Below, piece after piece: positions 35,554 to 44,194 of a DNA stretch of 64,000 bases. The stretch covers positions 1-64,000 of the IMG/VR virus record IMGVR_UViG_3300005466_000025. One strand, written 5' to 3'. The notes under the pieces were generated by a model that was not told where the DNA came from, did not search any database, and saw only the letters and a program-made list of their open reading frames with translations. The translations under genes and the position numbers were made by a program. Within the stretch, counting starts at the first letter, position 1, and each line of letters opens with the position of its first letter. The stretch is from a virus.

Positions 35554-35898
35554 ATGCCTAAGACCATTTCAACGCTGAATAATTCCTCCAAGCTGAACGG
35601 AAAGCGCGGACGCAAGGGGGAATTCAAGTCCGAGGATTTCGTTATGGATATCGGCGGAATGCTGGACGTCACAGAGGAAATGGTGAGCGGTATTTCCAAG
35701 TTGGATGCAAAGGATAAGTTCGACTCGGAATTGCTTTTCACTACCGATAACGAGAACGTCAATAAGTACCGGACTAATCGTTTCGGTGGTCTTAAGCGTG
35801 CCGCTATTGTTGCGAATGGTAAGGACTCGAAGTATTCCCTCGAATACGGCGAGGATGACGAGGGGAATAAGGTTCTCGTTATCGTCCGCAACGCGTAA
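35554..35898 (+). CDS. hypothetical protein (in-frame upstream start at 35329 also possible)
   Basis: purine-rich SD before MPKTIS. Confidence 0.7.
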   Translation: MPKTISTLNNSSKLNGKRGRKGEFKSEDFVMDIGGMLDVTEEMVSGISKLDAKDKFDSELLFTTDNENVNKYRTNRFGGLKRAAIVANGKDSKYSLEYGEDDEGNKVLVIVRNA

Positions 35899-36263
35899 TT
35901 CAAAGGCAAAACCTACGCCAATTCTCGGGCGTAAACGTCTAGCGGAAATTACGCTAGCGGGAACCGAAATCTACGGATAGGCGGGAGAGAAATGGTGGGG
36001 GGAGAAATCCCCCCACCTAACCCCTATTGAAAGGAGAAATGAAATGGATAATGCCGGCCGGCAATTACACAGAAATAGAGAGCTCGGGAAAATGGAAATC
36101 GACCGGCAATTAAAATCGAAATGGGGGCCGCGAGATTTTTTAAAATTTTTGATTTTGCGAGATTTTTACTTTTTTTTGGTGATAACCGGCAAAACCTTAT
36201 TTATCTTATATTATTTTACCGTTTCAAGCCATTTTTTCAGGTGTCATCGGTAAATTTTATAGG

Positions 36264-36357
36264 TTTATTTCATTGAGGGTACAGCTTTTTGAGAGCGATT
36301 TTAAATAGACTTTTTCGCGTCTACTGATCGCCAAAGTTGTACTCTCAATGAAATAAA
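36264..36357. repeat. long imperfect hairpin in an AT-rich intergenic region
   Basis: TTTATTTCATTGAGGGTACA / TGTACTCTCAATGAAATAAA plus inner GCGAT/ATCGC and TAGAC/GTCTA. Confidence 0.8.
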
Positions 36358-36478
36358 TCCAAAGGAGGAATAAGAAGATAAAATGTAGCTTACGGCTAAC
36401 AACTTTATCTTGCGCGGGCCGCTCTTATCGGGGGAATTAATTTTCCCCCGGTAATGGCAATCCGAACAGGGAGGAAAG

Positions 36479-36643
36479 ATGGTCACGATTAAAAAGACAA
36501 ACGGGGAAATAGTTATCCTCGGGACAAGCGCAGAGAACCTTTTAATATGGGTTCTTGATTGGTGCGCGAAATCAAAGTTTTCTCCTCTCAATGAAACAGA
36601 AATTGATGAGGCGAAATTTCTTTTAAAAAACCTAAAGGGATAG
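36479..36643 (+). CDS. 54-aa hypothetical protein
   Basis: GGAGG SD; open frame. Confidence 0.5.
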   Translation: MVTIKKTNGEIVILGTSAENLLIWVLDWCAKSKFSPLNETEIDEAKFLLKNLKG

Positions 36644-36751
36644 GAGGGAAGGAAATGATTAAGTGGTATTGTGCATTAAATCGCACTTGGATTAATTTCA
36701 GGTGTAGCCACTATGGCTGCGATTTGCACAAGAATAATAAGGAGGAAAGTA

Positions 36752-37003
36752 ATGTGTCATCGTGATTCAAATTGCGGCGCACAAACTTGTAGGCGCTGTG
36801 AATCCGTTCTTGAATCAATTCCTGCTACTCCAAGATCAACGTTTGATTTTTTGGAGTATATTAATTCAGCCGCACCAACGACTAAATCATACGAAAGAAT
36901 TTATCTTGCGTATGTTGAGTCGTCAAAGGAAGGTGATACAGAAACAACCGCAATGCTTCGTGCCGTTCTTAGGGATATGCATTACAGAATGGGCGGAAGA
37001 TAA
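36752..37003 (+). CDS. hypothetical Cys-containing protein
   Basis: AAGGAGG SD. Confidence 0.6.
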   Translation: MCHRDSNCGAQTCRRCESVLESIPATPRSTFDFLEYINSAAPTTKSYERIYLAYVESSKEGDTETTAMLRAVLRDMHYRMGGR

Positions 37004-37231
37004 TGGGTGAATGGTTTAGGGCGGTCCTTCTGTTTTTTATTATTGGCGGATGGGCCAGCTATGATATTTATTGTCTCTGGACATGACAACTTGTTGCGGT
37101 TGTAACGGAAAGTTTGATCCGCGAACAGAAATGCATGTTTATACAAAAAATGGTGCATGGTGGTGGTTTTGCATCAATTGTATATCATGCGAAAATAAAT
37201 GTAGTCGCTGCAAGGGATAGCAAATAAAATT

Positions 37232-37281
37232 TACCCCTTCATCTTAGGTTTTATTACCTAAGGTGAGGGGGTATTTTTTTT
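37232..37281 (+). terminator. long hairpin with T tract upstream of the sigma factor
   Basis: TACCCCTTCATCTTAGGT / ACCTAAGGTGAGGGGGTA followed by T8. Confidence 0.75.
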
Positions 37282-37306
37282 GGCAAAATACAAACGAAAG
37301 GAGGAC

Positions 37307-37828
37307 ATGGATTTTTCCTCACCATCCCCTGAGGAAATTCTCGCCTTTTCCGAGAATTATGCCAAGCGAATGTATGTTTCAAGACGCTGGCAGAAAGTTG
37401 ATCGGGAAGATTTCGCGCAGGAATTAGCAATCAAACTAATTAGGGCTGCCGTTAGATATGACCCTAATAAAAAAGTGCCTTGGGGGGCATATGCAAATAT
37501 TGTTGCCCGAGGGGCGCTTTTGGATTGGTACAGAAAAATTAACAACCACGAGGAACTTTCCCTAAATAGTTTTGGTGAGGATGACTCGGATTATCTTAAC
37601 GATAAATGGGAAAGTCTCTTCTCCACAGAGGATTTTGTTGACCTAACACCATCAGAAATTATTGAGTGGTCTAAACAATTTCCCGAGCAAAGACAGAAGG
37701 TGATTATTTGTCTGGCAATGGGTTACAACAGAACGGAAACAGCCAGAATCCTGGGAGTCTCTCAGTCAAGGGTGACGAGATTAATTCGCGCTATTCAGAC
37801 ACAATTAATCTCACAGCCCGCGAATTAG
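37307..37828 (+). CDS. sigma-70 family RNA polymerase sigma factor
   Basis: REDFAQE...RYDP....YA....RG.LLDW.RK (region 2); ETARILGVSQSRV (region 4). Confidence 0.9.
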   Translation: MDFSSPSPEEILAFSENYAKRMYVSRRWQKVDREDFAQELAIKLIRAAVRYDPNKKVPWGAYANIVARGALLDWYRKINNHEELSLNSFGEDDSDYLNDKWESLFSTEDFVDLTPSEIIEWSKQFPEQRQKVIICLAMGYNRTETARILGVSQSRVTRLIRAIQTQLISQPAN

Positions 37829-37998
37829 AGGTTCTTAATTTAATGGCTGACGGTTTAAGTTCAAAGCTTATCGCTAGAAGGCTTTGGATTTCTGTAGAAA
37901 CCGTGAAGGATCACAAAAAGAATATCTATCAAAAGATGGCTGCATCAAATGCGGTTAACGCGGTTGCAATTGGCTTCCGCGCTGGCTTCATTAGCTAG
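37780..37998 (+). CDS. LuxR-family HTH protein (start uncertain)
   Basis: LTARELEVL.LMADG.SSK.IA..L.IS.ETVK.H. Confidence 0.8.
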   Translation: MNSRYSDTINLTARELEVLNLMADGLSSKLIARRLWISVETVKDHKKNIYQKMAASNAVNAVAIGFRAGFIS

Positions 37999-38047
37999 GA
38001 ATAGCTTTGATCACGCCGATTAAATGCGGCGTGGTCATGGTAATTCC
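37998..38047 (+). other. intergenic stem-loop before an RBS (possible RNase III site)
   Basis: TGATCACGCCG/CGGCGTGGTCA closed by GGAAT/ATTCC. Confidence 0.5.
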
Positions 38048-38067
38048 AAATGGAGGAAGGGAGCGAA

Positions 38068-38745
38068 ATGGCTAGTGTATTTGTCATATCAGACTGTCAT
38101 GGAAATATTGACGGTTTGAACCGTGCCCTCAGAAAGAAAAAGATCATCGATAAGCACGGTAATCGACAGCTTGCAAGGAAGCATAAGGTAATTTCAATTG
38201 GCGATCTTGCCAACTGTGTTGGTGACTCAATTGATGGTGATATTGAGTGCATCAAGTTGGTCGGATCAGTCATTGATTATTATCTTCTGGGTAATCATGA
38301 AATCCCCTACTTTGATCCATCAAATAAGTTCTGGGGATTTACTTGGGACCCGGTAATTCAACATAAACTTTCCTTCCTGAATTCCGAGGGATTTATTTTC
38401 CCCTCTGTTCTGGCAGGAAAGACACTTATTAGTCATGCTGGATACAGCAAGACAATGATGAGTGTAAAAATGGATAGCCTTGAGGTTCACAACACACTGC
38501 TTGATCACTGGAATAATGGTGATTATTCCTACTCGGCTTTCTCCAATATTGGAAGGGCTCGGGGCGGAATGCATCATTCCGGTGGAATCCTTTGGTGTGA
38601 TTTTGATTCTGAGTTTCAGCCAACTAAATTCCCTCAAATTGTTGGACATACTCCGCGTGGTGTCAGAATGAAGGGGAATTCAATTTGCATCGATGTTGGC
38701 GCAAAGGATCAAAAGAGTGAGCCATTTATCTTGGAGGTTTCATGA
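38068..38745 (+). CDS. calcineurin-like metallophosphoesterase
   Basis: SDCHG, GDL, GNHE, SHAG, GHTP, IDVG. Confidence 0.9.
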   Translation: MASVFVISDCHGNIDGLNRALRKKKIIDKHGNRQLARKHKVISIGDLANCVGDSIDGDIECIKLVGSVIDYYLLGNHEIPYFDPSNKFWGFTWDPVIQHKLSFLNSEGFIFPSVLAGKTLISHAGYSKTMMSVKMDSLEVHNTLLDHWNNGDYSYSAFSNIGRARGGMHHSGGILWCDFDSEFQPTKFPQIVGHTPRGVRMKGNSICIDVGAKDQKSEPFILEVS

Positions 38746-38875
38746 AATATACAGATGGGTCATCGGGAACTAGTTGGTTTAAGTTCCTGATTTGGGATTG
38801 GAGAATTCGTTTTTATATTGTTTCCCCAATCCAGATCGATAGATGCCGCAACAAGAAATATAGAAAGGCAAAGTA

Positions 38876-39100
38876 ATGCCTGGCACAATGAAAAATAGGG
38901 AGGTTTTCCCTATTGGGACAAGGGTAAGAATCGCCCAGGATAAACTTTCTGGGCGCGTTGGCACTGTCGTTGAATATACGGAGGACAATGAAAGAATGTG
39001 GGTGCATTGGGATGGGGATTTTATTCCCTATTCCGATGTTCCCAGACTAATCGGCGGCTTTCGTCCAATGGAACTTACAAAAGTAAGGGAGGAAAAGTAA
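38876..39100 (+). CDS. SH3-like small protein
   Basis: FPIGTRV...G.V....V.WD. Confidence 0.6.
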   Translation: MPGTMKNREVFPIGTRVRIAQDKLSGRVGTVVEYTEDNERMWVHWDGDFIPYSDVPRLIGGFRPMELTKVREEK

Positions 39101-39339
39101 TGGAAAAGATTGTAGAGCTTGATCGGGCAAATCTTAATAAGACAATCGGCCTGATCCTTGAGAATCTTGATCGTGTTAGGGATGCATATACCTCCCTTAA
39201 CACCGACGATATTCTTGATGCCGAAGTTCATCCTTTTCTTATAACATTCACAACTAGTTTGCTTCCGTCCATTATGATGATGGCGTCGGCGGCTGAGGGA
39301 ATTGTTGTTGCAACAAAGTCAACCGAAGAACCTATTTAA
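39100..39339 (+). CDS. hypothetical protein
   Basis: GGAGG SD; TAATG coupling. Confidence 0.6.
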   Translation: MEKIVELDRANLNKTIGLILENLDRVRDAYTSLNTDDILDAEVHPFLITFTTSLLPSIMMMASAAEGIVVATKSTEEPI

Positions 39340-39392
39340 TCGGTAGGTTTAGTCCCATCGGTGAAATAAACGATGGGGCTATGTCAACCGAT
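39339..39392 (+). other. intergenic stem-loop before an RBS (possible RNase III site)
   Basis: ATCGGT..TAGTCCCATCG / CGATGGGGCTA..ACCGAT. Confidence 0.5.
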
Positions 39393-39745
39393 GAAAGGAG
39401 AAAAATGCTGCTAATCAAGCCGCTAGATCGCCTTGGGTATAGGATTTTTTGCTGGAATGAAACAGCAGGAGTAATTTATGCCTATGGCGTGGTATGGCTT
39501 GCGGTTGTTATTCCACTTTTTGTTTTGTTTCTTGTCGCAAATTATTTTCTTTAAAGGAGGTGTAAAATTCCCGTAGAACAAAAGGCAATGACACTCCAAA
39601 ATCTGGCAACAAAGGAGCAGCTCTTTTGGAAGTGTGTTTCGGAGGATGATCTTAACTTTTATCTTCACGGATATGTGACGGAAAAGTATGGGATCATTTC
39701 TAATTACACCGTGTTTCCTAAGTTTCTTTGGAAGGTGGTGGAGTA

Positions 39746-40072
39746 ATGACAAAGGCCTGGCATATTGAGGCCTATACATTCAATGCGGATATTGTCTGCA
39801 CTGATTGTATTTATAAGTGGGCAAAGGATGAGCTAAGGAAGCAGGAATATACCGACCGGCAAATTTACGATCTTGAAGTTGAAGGCGTAAATTATGACGC
39901 CGGCTTTTTTGCTTTTGGAAGCGAGGCTTTGCTGAGGGAATTGGCTCGGCTGAGGAATATTAATCTTGAGGATTCCTATTCCTATGATTCCGATGATTTC
40001 CCTAAGCCAATCTTTTCCTCTGATATAGAGGACGAGGAAATCTGTGGAGTGTGTAATAATGCCTCCGCATGA
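39746..40072 (+). CDS. hypothetical protein with split CxxC pairs
   Basis: AYTF.ADI.C..C ... DDFPK.IF...C..C. Confidence 0.7.
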   Translation: MTKAWHIEAYTFNADIVCTDCIYKWAKDELRKQEYTDRQIYDLEVEGVNYDAGFFAFGSEALLRELARLRNINLEDSYSYDSDDFPKPIFSSDIEDEEICGVCNNASA

Positions 40073-40397
40073 CAGATGTGATTGTTGTGAAGCAAGGCGG
40101 GAGCTTTATCACAATGAAAACACAGGGTTATCCCTATGTGAAAAGTGTGATCGCTTTGTGAACAGTATTTTTATAGATGGGCAGAGGGCAGAAAAATTAG
40201 AAAATTTCCTCAAAAGCGCACTTGCCTCCATGGAAATGCGTCATGAAAGAGGATTTAATCTAATGGTACCTCTACCCTGGATTAATGCCGTCCATTTGGT
40301 TCTCTATGGTGAGGACAAGGGTCCAAAAATCATGGAGGAAAGAATTGGATGGGCAAGATTCCGAAAAGAAAGAAGGGATGCTGAAAGTGCCGGATAA
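40059..40397 (+). CDS. hypothetical zinc-binding protein
   Basis: CDCC...CEKC. Confidence 0.6.
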   Translation: MPPHDRCDCCEARRELYHNENTGLSLCEKCDRFVNSIFIDGQRAEKLENFLKSALASMEMRHERGFNLMVPLPWINAVHLVLYGEDKGPKIMEERIGWARFRKERRDAESAG

Positions 40398-40662
40398 ATT
40401 TGGCTTTGATCATTTCGGCCAGACCTACGGTAAATATGTTGTGTCCTGCATTGATTGTGAAGTAAATGGGCCGGCATATTACTGGAATGAAAAGATGAGG
40501 GAGATGCATTTTCTTACCCATATCATGGAGAAGAAGATTGCCAATCCTTCGTTTGAAGGTGAAGTAAGAATGGATCGGTGCCGTGTTTGTGGCACTGATT
40601 TCGAACAGGAAAGAAAGCGCGGAAGGCCTCGCGTTTTGTGCTACACATGTAAGCCGGAATGA
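40378..40662 (+). CDS. zinc-finger protein with RGRPR motif
   Basis: CRVCG..F....RGRPR..C..C. Confidence 0.65.
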   Translation: MLKVPDKFGFDHFGQTYGKYVVSCIDCEVNGPAYYWNEKMREMHFLTHIMEKKIANPSFEGEVRMDRCRVCGTDFEQERKRGRPRVLCYTCKPE

Positions 40663-40859
40663 GAAACTTTCTGGCTTGTTTTTGGTCATTTGCTGCGGGA
40701 CTATGTTTCGCAGTATATTTTTCCCATGAGGGCTTTGTGTTTGTAATTCTAGGGCTCTTTTTGATTATGTTCGGAGGATTCTGCGGGCTAATCGCATGGG
40801 AGGAAGTCAATCAAATCGGCCGTGGCGACAAGTATTGCGCCACTTGTAGAAAGGGGTGA
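40659..40859 (+). CDS. small two-TM membrane protein
   Basis: hydrophobic; ATGA coupling. Confidence 0.55.
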   Translation: MRNFLACFWSFAAGLCFAVYFSHEGFVFVILGLFLIMFGGFCGLIAWEEVNQIGRGDKYCATCRKG

Positions 40860-41003
40860 TAATGGATTTTTTCATGATCTATTTCTGGGTGTTGATATTG
40901 ACTTTGAACGTCTTTTTTGCCGCTCAAGGTCACGTTCTCAATGCATTTGCGGCGGGATTTGCCGTAATTATGATTATAGAAAACGTGAGGGAGGGCAAGG
41001 ATC

Positions 41004-41237
41004 GTGAACGAAAGGGATAAGTATTGGTTGGATAAATTCAGAGAAGTTGGCAAGGAGAATATTGAACCAATTCCTGGTCAATTATCTTTTTTCCCGGCCG
41101 AAAAATCTTATTTTTTAAATCGTAAGGAAGAAAAAAATAAATCTTTATCTTCCTTCGATGATGTAATTAAAAATGCTGGCTACACAGTCGGTGAACTAAG
41201 TGATCTTCAAACCCTATCAGAGGAGATGGGCGAATGA
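41004..41237 (+). CDS. hypothetical protein
   Basis: ORF in array; contains QLSFF (sliding-clamp-binding-like). Confidence 0.55.
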   Translation: MNERDKYWLDKFREVGKENIEPIPGQLSFFPAEKSYFLNRKEEKNKSLSSFDDVIKNAGYTVGELSDLQTLSEEMGE

Positions 41238-41422
41238 ATCAGAATAGGATTGTTGAGCAGCAGATCGGTAGTTTTCTTGTTTATATTGCAAATATCGGCA
41301 TTGTCTGGTTTTTTGCCTGGGTGTTCAATCCAAACATCGATAGTGGTCTTGTTTGGATGATTGCTGTCCTTTATGGCGCAATCATGAGCCGCTTCTATAC
41401 CATCGAAGAGAGGCTTAAGTAA
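41234..41422 (+). CDS. small two-TM membrane protein
   Basis: hydrophobic; ATGA coupling. Confidence 0.6.
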   Translation: MNQNRIVEQQIGSFLVYIANIGIVWFFAWVFNPNIDSGLVWMIAVLYGAIMSRFYTIEERLK

Positions 41423-41546
41423 TGGCTAGAGGACTAAAGCCAAAGCAACGTCGAATTCTTGAGGATATGGGATTCCATACCGCCAAGCTAAATCGACAGG
41501 CTAAGTATTATTCCGGCAAGAAGGGTAATCGGAAAAGGAAGAAGTA

Positions 41547-41909
41547 ATGAGATATCCATTTCTGGCAATGTTTCAGAAGATGGATGAGCCTGAAACGACC
41601 TATATTGATAAGGTTGCGGGACATTATGAGCTAAACAATTTCCCTGGCTGTAATCAAATGGTTGTTTCAAATCACTCATGCGTCTACCCTGAATTCAGGG
41701 GAATGGGTCTTGGAACTCAGCTAGCAAAGGAGAAGATTTCAGTCGCAAAGAAGGAAGGCTATGACTACATGATTGCAACGGTTGTGTCAACAAATACTGT
41801 ACAACTTGCAATCATGGAAAAGAATGGCTGGAAACTCCTGGACACTTTCTTCAATCGGGAAAGTGGAAACGAAGTTAATATTTTTGGAAGGAGGTTAAGT
41901 GAGCAATAG
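41547..41909 (+). CDS. GNAT-family acetyltransferase
   Basis: V.PEFRGMGLG motif A; N......KNGW. Confidence 0.85.
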   Translation: MRYPFLAMFQKMDEPETTYIDKVAGHYELNNFPGCNQMVVSNHSCVYPEFRGMGLGTQLAKEKISVAKKEGYDYMIATVVSTNTVQLAIMEKNGWKLLDTFFNRESGNEVNIFGRRLSEQ

Positions 41910-42651
41910 ATTGTTTGGCGTGGAAATTGAATGTTATGCGCCAGAAGGTGAAGAAGGTTGGGACGGTGAAAATGGAGTAGAATATACCGCAAGTGTATTG
42001 GAGGAACAAGGTTATCCTTCATGGGCACGCCTAACCGATGCAGATAGTTCCCTCTATCATGGCTTTGGGGTGGAAGTAAAAAGTCCACCACTAGCAGGAT
42101 CAAATGGATATAACGAGGTAACTTCTATCCTCAATATCCTGAATGATCATGACTATTGGATTGATAGTTCATGTGGCCTTCATGTACATTTGAATGCCCC
42201 GGAATTTGTCGATGATCCGAAGCTAATTAAGAGGGCGGTAAAGGCATGGATGCGAAATCAGCACCTAATTAATAATATGGTGGCTGAATATCGCATTAAT
42301 AATTCCCACTGTGCGCCTTGGGATGAGGACTATTTGTCTGATCTTGAGGAAGTATTGGCGGAGTATGATACCGCCGAGGAAACCCACCGTGGGGCAATTA
42401 ATGTCGGAAGTCTCACTATTCATGAGACAATTGAAATCCGTCAGCATGAAGGTACATTAGTCCCGGAAGCCGTTGTTTCCTGGATTAAATTCTGCCAGGC
42501 ATTTATTGATGCAATTCCTGGCACAACGATCCAAAAAATCTCCGACGAGGAACTATTCCTCCGACGATTAAAGGTGGAAAGAAATGCAAGTAGATTCCTT
42601 ACCACAAAGGCTCGTGTTGCCAAACGGAGGAAAGCTGAATCAGGACGTTAG
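41899..42651 (+). CDS. putative amidoligase (COOH-NH2 ligase) 1
   Basis: FGVEIE, EVKSPPL, CGLHVH, TIEIRQHEGT. Confidence 0.85.
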   Translation: MSNRLFGVEIECYAPEGEEGWDGENGVEYTASVLEEQGYPSWARLTDADSSLYHGFGVEVKSPPLAGSNGYNEVTSILNILNDHDYWIDSSCGLHVHLNAPEFVDDPKLIKRAVKAWMRNQHLINNMVAEYRINNSHCAPWDEDYLSDLEEVLAEYDTAEETHRGAINVGSLTIHETIEIRQHEGTLVPEAVVSWIKFCQAFIDAIPGTTIQKISDEELFLRRLKVERNASRFLTTKARVAKRRKAESGR

Positions 42652-43039
42652 AAAGGCTCTAATAAAGGCAACTAAAAGATCAACGCATAGGCGTCATCAA
42701 ACGGGTTGCGTGATTGTTGGAAAGAAGGGAGAAATTCTTTCCACAGGCTGTAGTCATGCATCATCATTGAGAATGAGTGAGCTTCACTCTATTCACGCGG
42801 AAATTCATGCGTTGGGAAGAGGAAGATATGAAAATCTCAGAGGCGCGACGGCGTATATCTGCACAATGGCGAGAAAATCGGGGAATCTTGTATATTCTCG
42901 TCCATGCCTTACTTGTGCGATTGCGCTCAGATCGACAGGAATAATTGATGTCGTCTATTCTAATAAAATAGGCGGTTTCCAGCGTCTTGACCTTGAGAAA
43001 AATCTCATTGGTCTTAAAGTCTACCCTAGGAGGAAATAA
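42635..43039 (+). CDS. CMP/dCMP-type zinc deaminase (start uncertain)
   Basis: HAE...PC..C. Confidence 0.85.
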   Translation: MNQDVRKALIKATKRSTHRRHQTGCVIVGKKGEILSTGCSHASSLRMSELHSIHAEIHALGRGRYENLRGATAYICTMARKSGNLVYSRPCLTCAIALRSTGIIDVVYSNKIGGFQRLDLEKNLIGLKVYPRRK

Positions 43040-43792
43040 GTGTACGACAAGCCTTATGATCGTAAGTTTGGAATCGAGTTCGAATTCCTGCTTAGGAGCA
43101 TTCGAGAAAATGGATATGATTCCAGAGGCACTACTTTTCGAAAGCTCCTAGAAAAGAACGGACTAGGGGATTTCAATATTGGCTTTGACGGAAGCGAATG
43201 GGAAGTCAAAACCCCTGTTCTTGCCGGTCCAAATGGATTCAAGCGGGTAAAGAAGTTCTTGGCGCTTATGAAAGATATGGGCGCAAGGGTTCAGCTAGAT
43301 CATGATGGACTTCACGTTCACCATGATGCCCCGGAATTCATTGGTAATAGTGAAGCCGTTGTCAGACTTGTTGAGAACTGGTATAACAACCAGGAATCAA
43401 TCATGGAAATGGTGAATTACATTCGCAATAGAAACTGGGCCTGTCCTATTTGGGCGCAGGGCGATGTTAGTACGCTAAAGCAGCGTGTTGCCGAGTTTGG
43501 ATATGAAGGGGCAATGTCCTACTTTGGCCGAAAGAATCTCAATATTAGTGCCCTACAAAGGCATGGAACAATTGAGATTCGTCTACATGAGGGAACTCTG
43601 AATTATGAGGAGGTTCTTTCATGGGTGCGTTTCGGCCAGTCATTCATTGCAAAGGCACTGGATGAAAATGATTCACTGGGATATAATCCCCCAGTTGAGC
43701 TTCTAAGGAAGATCAATGTAACCCGTAATGCATCTCGCTTTATCACAAGCAAGGTGGGTCGTAACGATTATTCAGTTGTAAGTTATGCGTAA
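43040..43792 (+). CDS. putative amidoligase 2
   Basis: FGIEFE, EVKTPVL, GLHVH, TIEIRLHEGT. Confidence 0.85.
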   Translation: MYDKPYDRKFGIEFEFLLRSIRENGYDSRGTTFRKLLEKNGLGDFNIGFDGSEWEVKTPVLAGPNGFKRVKKFLALMKDMGARVQLDHDGLHVHHDAPEFIGNSEAVVRLVENWYNNQESIMEMVNYIRNRNWACPIWAQGDVSTLKQRVAEFGYEGAMSYFGRKNLNISALQRHGTIEIRLHEGTLNYEEVLSWVRFGQSFIAKALDENDSLGYNPPVELLRKINVTRNASRFITSKVGRNDYSVVSYA

Positions 43793-43856
43793 GGATTTAT
43801 CTATTTTAGATATTTCCTTGCTACCATTCACACACACCGATAGGAAGGAGATTTAA

Positions 43857-44054
43857 ATGCGTATCGAACTAACCTTTAGGGGCGTAGCAAAGAATCGTGT
43901 TTATTTTGCAACCCCGGTAACACAGGGTCGTCCGCGTAAGACGGCTGAAATCATTAAGTCACGTAAGCCGTTTGCAACAGGCTCAACTAAGCAGGAAGCC
44001 ATCCAGAATCTTCTGGATAAGGTGGGTTTCGTTCCTGCAAATGAACAGTCTTAA
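43857..44054 (+). CDS. small protein with HicB-like G.T..EA motif
   Basis: ATGSTKQEAIQNL; AAGGAG SD. Confidence 0.6.
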   Translation: MRIELTFRGVAKNRVYFATPVTQGRPRKTAEIIKSRKPFATGSTKQEAIQNLLDKVGFVPANEQS

Positions 44055-44194
44055 TAGCTGCAAGGAACACGGGAGGAAATGGTGTTGGCGATGTATTTGC
44101 CTCACCATTTCCTTTCCCATTGAGCATTTTGTGTGGGAAAAACTCCCGTTGTTTAGGTCAGTGACAATGATTCTGGGACTTTAGGAGGTGATAG

